Shown: piece by piece, positions 42,988 through 44,103 of the stretch
Position numbering within the stretch: the first letter of the stretch is position 1
Layout of the letters: every line of letters starts with the position of its first letter
Notes under the pieces: generated by a model
Told to the model about the DNA's origin: nothing
Databases searched by the model: none
The model's input: the letters and a program-made list of their open reading frames with translations, nothing else
Translations under genes and position numbers: made by a program
Source: a virus
Direction: 5' to 3' (one strand)
Virus record (IMG/VR): IMGVR_UViG_3300045988_091239
Span: 1 to 44,103 of that record
DNA: 44,103 nt

Positions 42988-43923
42988 ATGAATGATATTG
43001 TTATAAGTAAGAATTTGCCCGAATTGCGCAAAAACGCCGCCTTAATGGTTCAGCGGCCAAAGGCAGGACAAAAGGCTATCGAGGTGCGCAGGGCTTTGGC
43101 AGAATTACCCGAAACCCTTTCGGGGCTTTCAGAACAAGAACGCGAGATTTTTTCGGCAAGCGTAAAAAAACAGATTTGCGAGTATGACAACGCGCTCGAA
43201 TTGACGGCCTATATTAAGCCTTTGTTTAAGTACATTGCAAAAGATGTTGGCTATACCATACCAAGCAAGGAAGAAGAATGGAAATACATTCAAACGCGCA
43301 TATTGGATATATTGCGAAAATATTTCGCAAATTTGACTTTGAACGATATTAAGCTGGCATTTGAGTTGACGGCAATAGGCGAACTAGATGTGTTTTTGCC
43401 GAAAAACAAAGACGGCAAGGCAGATAGAGGACATTACCAAAATTTCAATGCGGAGTATTTCTCGAAAATTCTGCACGCGTATCAAGAAAAGCAAGGGTGC
43501 GTTTTTGAAAAAGTGTTTAAAAACACTTCTACAATTGCCATTGCCGATAACTCTGCCAAAGTGGCACAAAACAAGTTCCGTAAGCTGCTTGTGTATGCGT
43601 TCTATCATTACAAGTATCGTGGTTACATGCTTGATTTGAGCGCGCCCCAACAAATAATGCTATATAGCATATTGCACAATCTAGGATTTATCACGGCCGT
43701 TTTGTCAGATGATGATTTAAAGCGGTCAATGGCAGAAGTTCGTAAGCAAATCGCAATGAATATAATAAAGCCCTTTCAGGCTGGAATTATAAAGGCTAGG
43801 GGCGTGGAGCATGATGCTGTTAAGGCTGGCGCAGTCAAATTCGCGCAATATAGGGCAATAGTTGAATGCTTTGACGAGTTATTAAGCAATGAAATTCAAA
43901 TAACCGATTATATACATTTATAG
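42988..43923 (+). CDS. hypothetical replication-module protein
   Basis: ATG at 42988 (the track GTG at 42982 overlaps the previous stop); 311 aa; no Walker motif seen. Confidence 0.45.
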   Translation: MNDIVISKNLPELRKNAALMVQRPKAGQKAIEVRRALAELPETLSGLSEQEREIFSASVKKQICEYDNALELTAYIKPLFKYIAKDVGYTIPSKEEEWKYIQTRILDILRKYFANLTLNDIKLAFELTAIGELDVFLPKNKDGKADRGHYQNFNAEYFSKILHAYQEKQGCVFEKVFKNTSTIAIADNSAKVAQNKFRKLLVYAFYHYKYRGYMLDLSAPQQIMLYSILHNLGFITAVLSDDDLKRSMAEVRKQIAMNIIKPFQAGIIKARGVEHDAVKAGAVKFAQYRAIVECFDELLSNEIQITDYIHL

Positions 43924-43924
43924 A

Positions 43925-44103
43925 ATGAAATTAAATTGGAGATTACAAGATACTGAATTTACCAAGGATAAAGGCAAGGTGTTTTCTTGTTTTGCTTGTG
44001 GGGGGGGGAGTACAATGGGCTATAAACTAGCGGGTTACGATGTTATTAGCTGCAATGAAATTGACAAAAAGCTAATGGCAATGTACGTTGAGAACCATGC
44101 GCC
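43925..44103 (+). CDS. dcm: DNA (cytosine-5)-methyltransferase, 5' portion (continues at 56..935 of the circle)
   Basis: MKLNWRLQDTEFTKDKGKVFSCFACGGGSTMGYKLAGYDVISCNEID... contains motif I (FxGxG); in frame across the junction. Confidence 0.85.
   Translation, partial: MKLNWRLQDTEFTKDKGKVFSCFACGGGSTMGYKLAGYDVISCNEIDKKLMAMYVENHA
44000..44008 (+). repeat. G9 homopolymer encoding the Gly-Gly-Gly of methyltransferase motif I
   Basis: tgt ggg ggg ggg agt, counted directly. Confidence 0.95.
44049..44103. repeat. second copy of the 55-bp terminal overlap
   Basis: Identical to 1..55. Confidence 0.9.

Noticed and set aside
428-43653. Numerous minus-strand and alternative-frame ORFs in the track (e.g. 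428-610, 2402-3684, 10697-11191, 13713-14377, 16973-17338, 26245-26700, 27307-27831, 39717-40268, 42467-42808; + strand shadows 331-525, 999-1214, 7141-7434, 7516-7722, 35751-36029, 41298-41561, 42486-42674, 43388-43639)
   Set aside because: All are nested within or antisense to longer + strand genes that carry recognisable motifs or operon logic. Their compositions are low-complexity and typical of shadow ORFs.
1-44103. Lysogeny module, tRNAs, reverse transcriptase/DGR, stop-codon reassignment
   Set aside because: I recognised no integrase or recombinase motifs, no tRNA cloverleaf and no RT motifs. All long ORFs are intact under the standard code, so recoding need not be invoked. A tRNAscan/HMM run would be needed for certainty.

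Overview
The window is one complete, circularly closed dsDNA tailed-phage genome. Bases 1-55 are repeated exactly at 44049-44103, so the unit length is 44,048 bp. A C5-cytosine methyltransferase gene reads in frame across that junction. All credible genes lie on the + strand, and the minus-strand and alternative-frame ORFs in the track look spurious. The host is inferred to be a member of the Bacteroidetes, for two reasons: intergenic regions carry the TAnnTTTG (-7) / TTTG (-33) promoter architecture, and most genes start in an A-rich 'AAAAAGATG' context with no Shine-Dalgarno sequence. Going round the circle, the modules are as follows. (i) 1-13.7 kb holds early, DNA-metabolism and orphan genes: Dcm, a RuvC-like resolvase, a Rad50/SMC-like ATPase, a ParB-like nuclease, a DnaQ-like exonuclease, an HNH/NinG-like nuclease, a DUF1874-like protein, SSB, an ASCH protein and a second DNA methyltransferase. 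(ii) 13.7-35.6 kb holds packaging and virion genes: TerS, TerL, portal candidate, scaffold and capsid candidates, a 1267-aa tape measure, tail/fibre proteins and two LRR-like proteins. (iii) 35.6-37.8 kb is the lysis cassette: two multi-TM holin-like proteins, an amidase_2 endolysin and a TM-anchored spanin-like protein. (iv) 37.9-43.9 kb holds promoter-leader-orphan gene cassettes, an XRE-like HTH protein, a PD-(D/E)XK exonuclease with a partner gene, and a replication initiator-like protein. I saw no integrase, reverse transcriptase, tRNA or CRISPR array. The most unusual locus is an ~830-bp ORF-free interval (7851-8679) with its own promoter and intrinsic terminator, densely packed with helices and GAAA loops. 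I call it a ~690-nt structured ncRNA of unrecognised class. Other signals: a repeated promoter-plus-leader module with a covarying hairpin/pseudoknot; G9 tracts in the methyltransferase motif I and between a signal-peptide mini-ORF and an LRR gene; iteron-like repeats plus an AT-rich tract inside the initiator gene; a promoter followed directly by a terminator ahead of the replication genes; and homopolymer-associated frame breaks in ssb and the ParB-like gene. All protein calls rest on motifs read by eye and on gene order. No database search was run.
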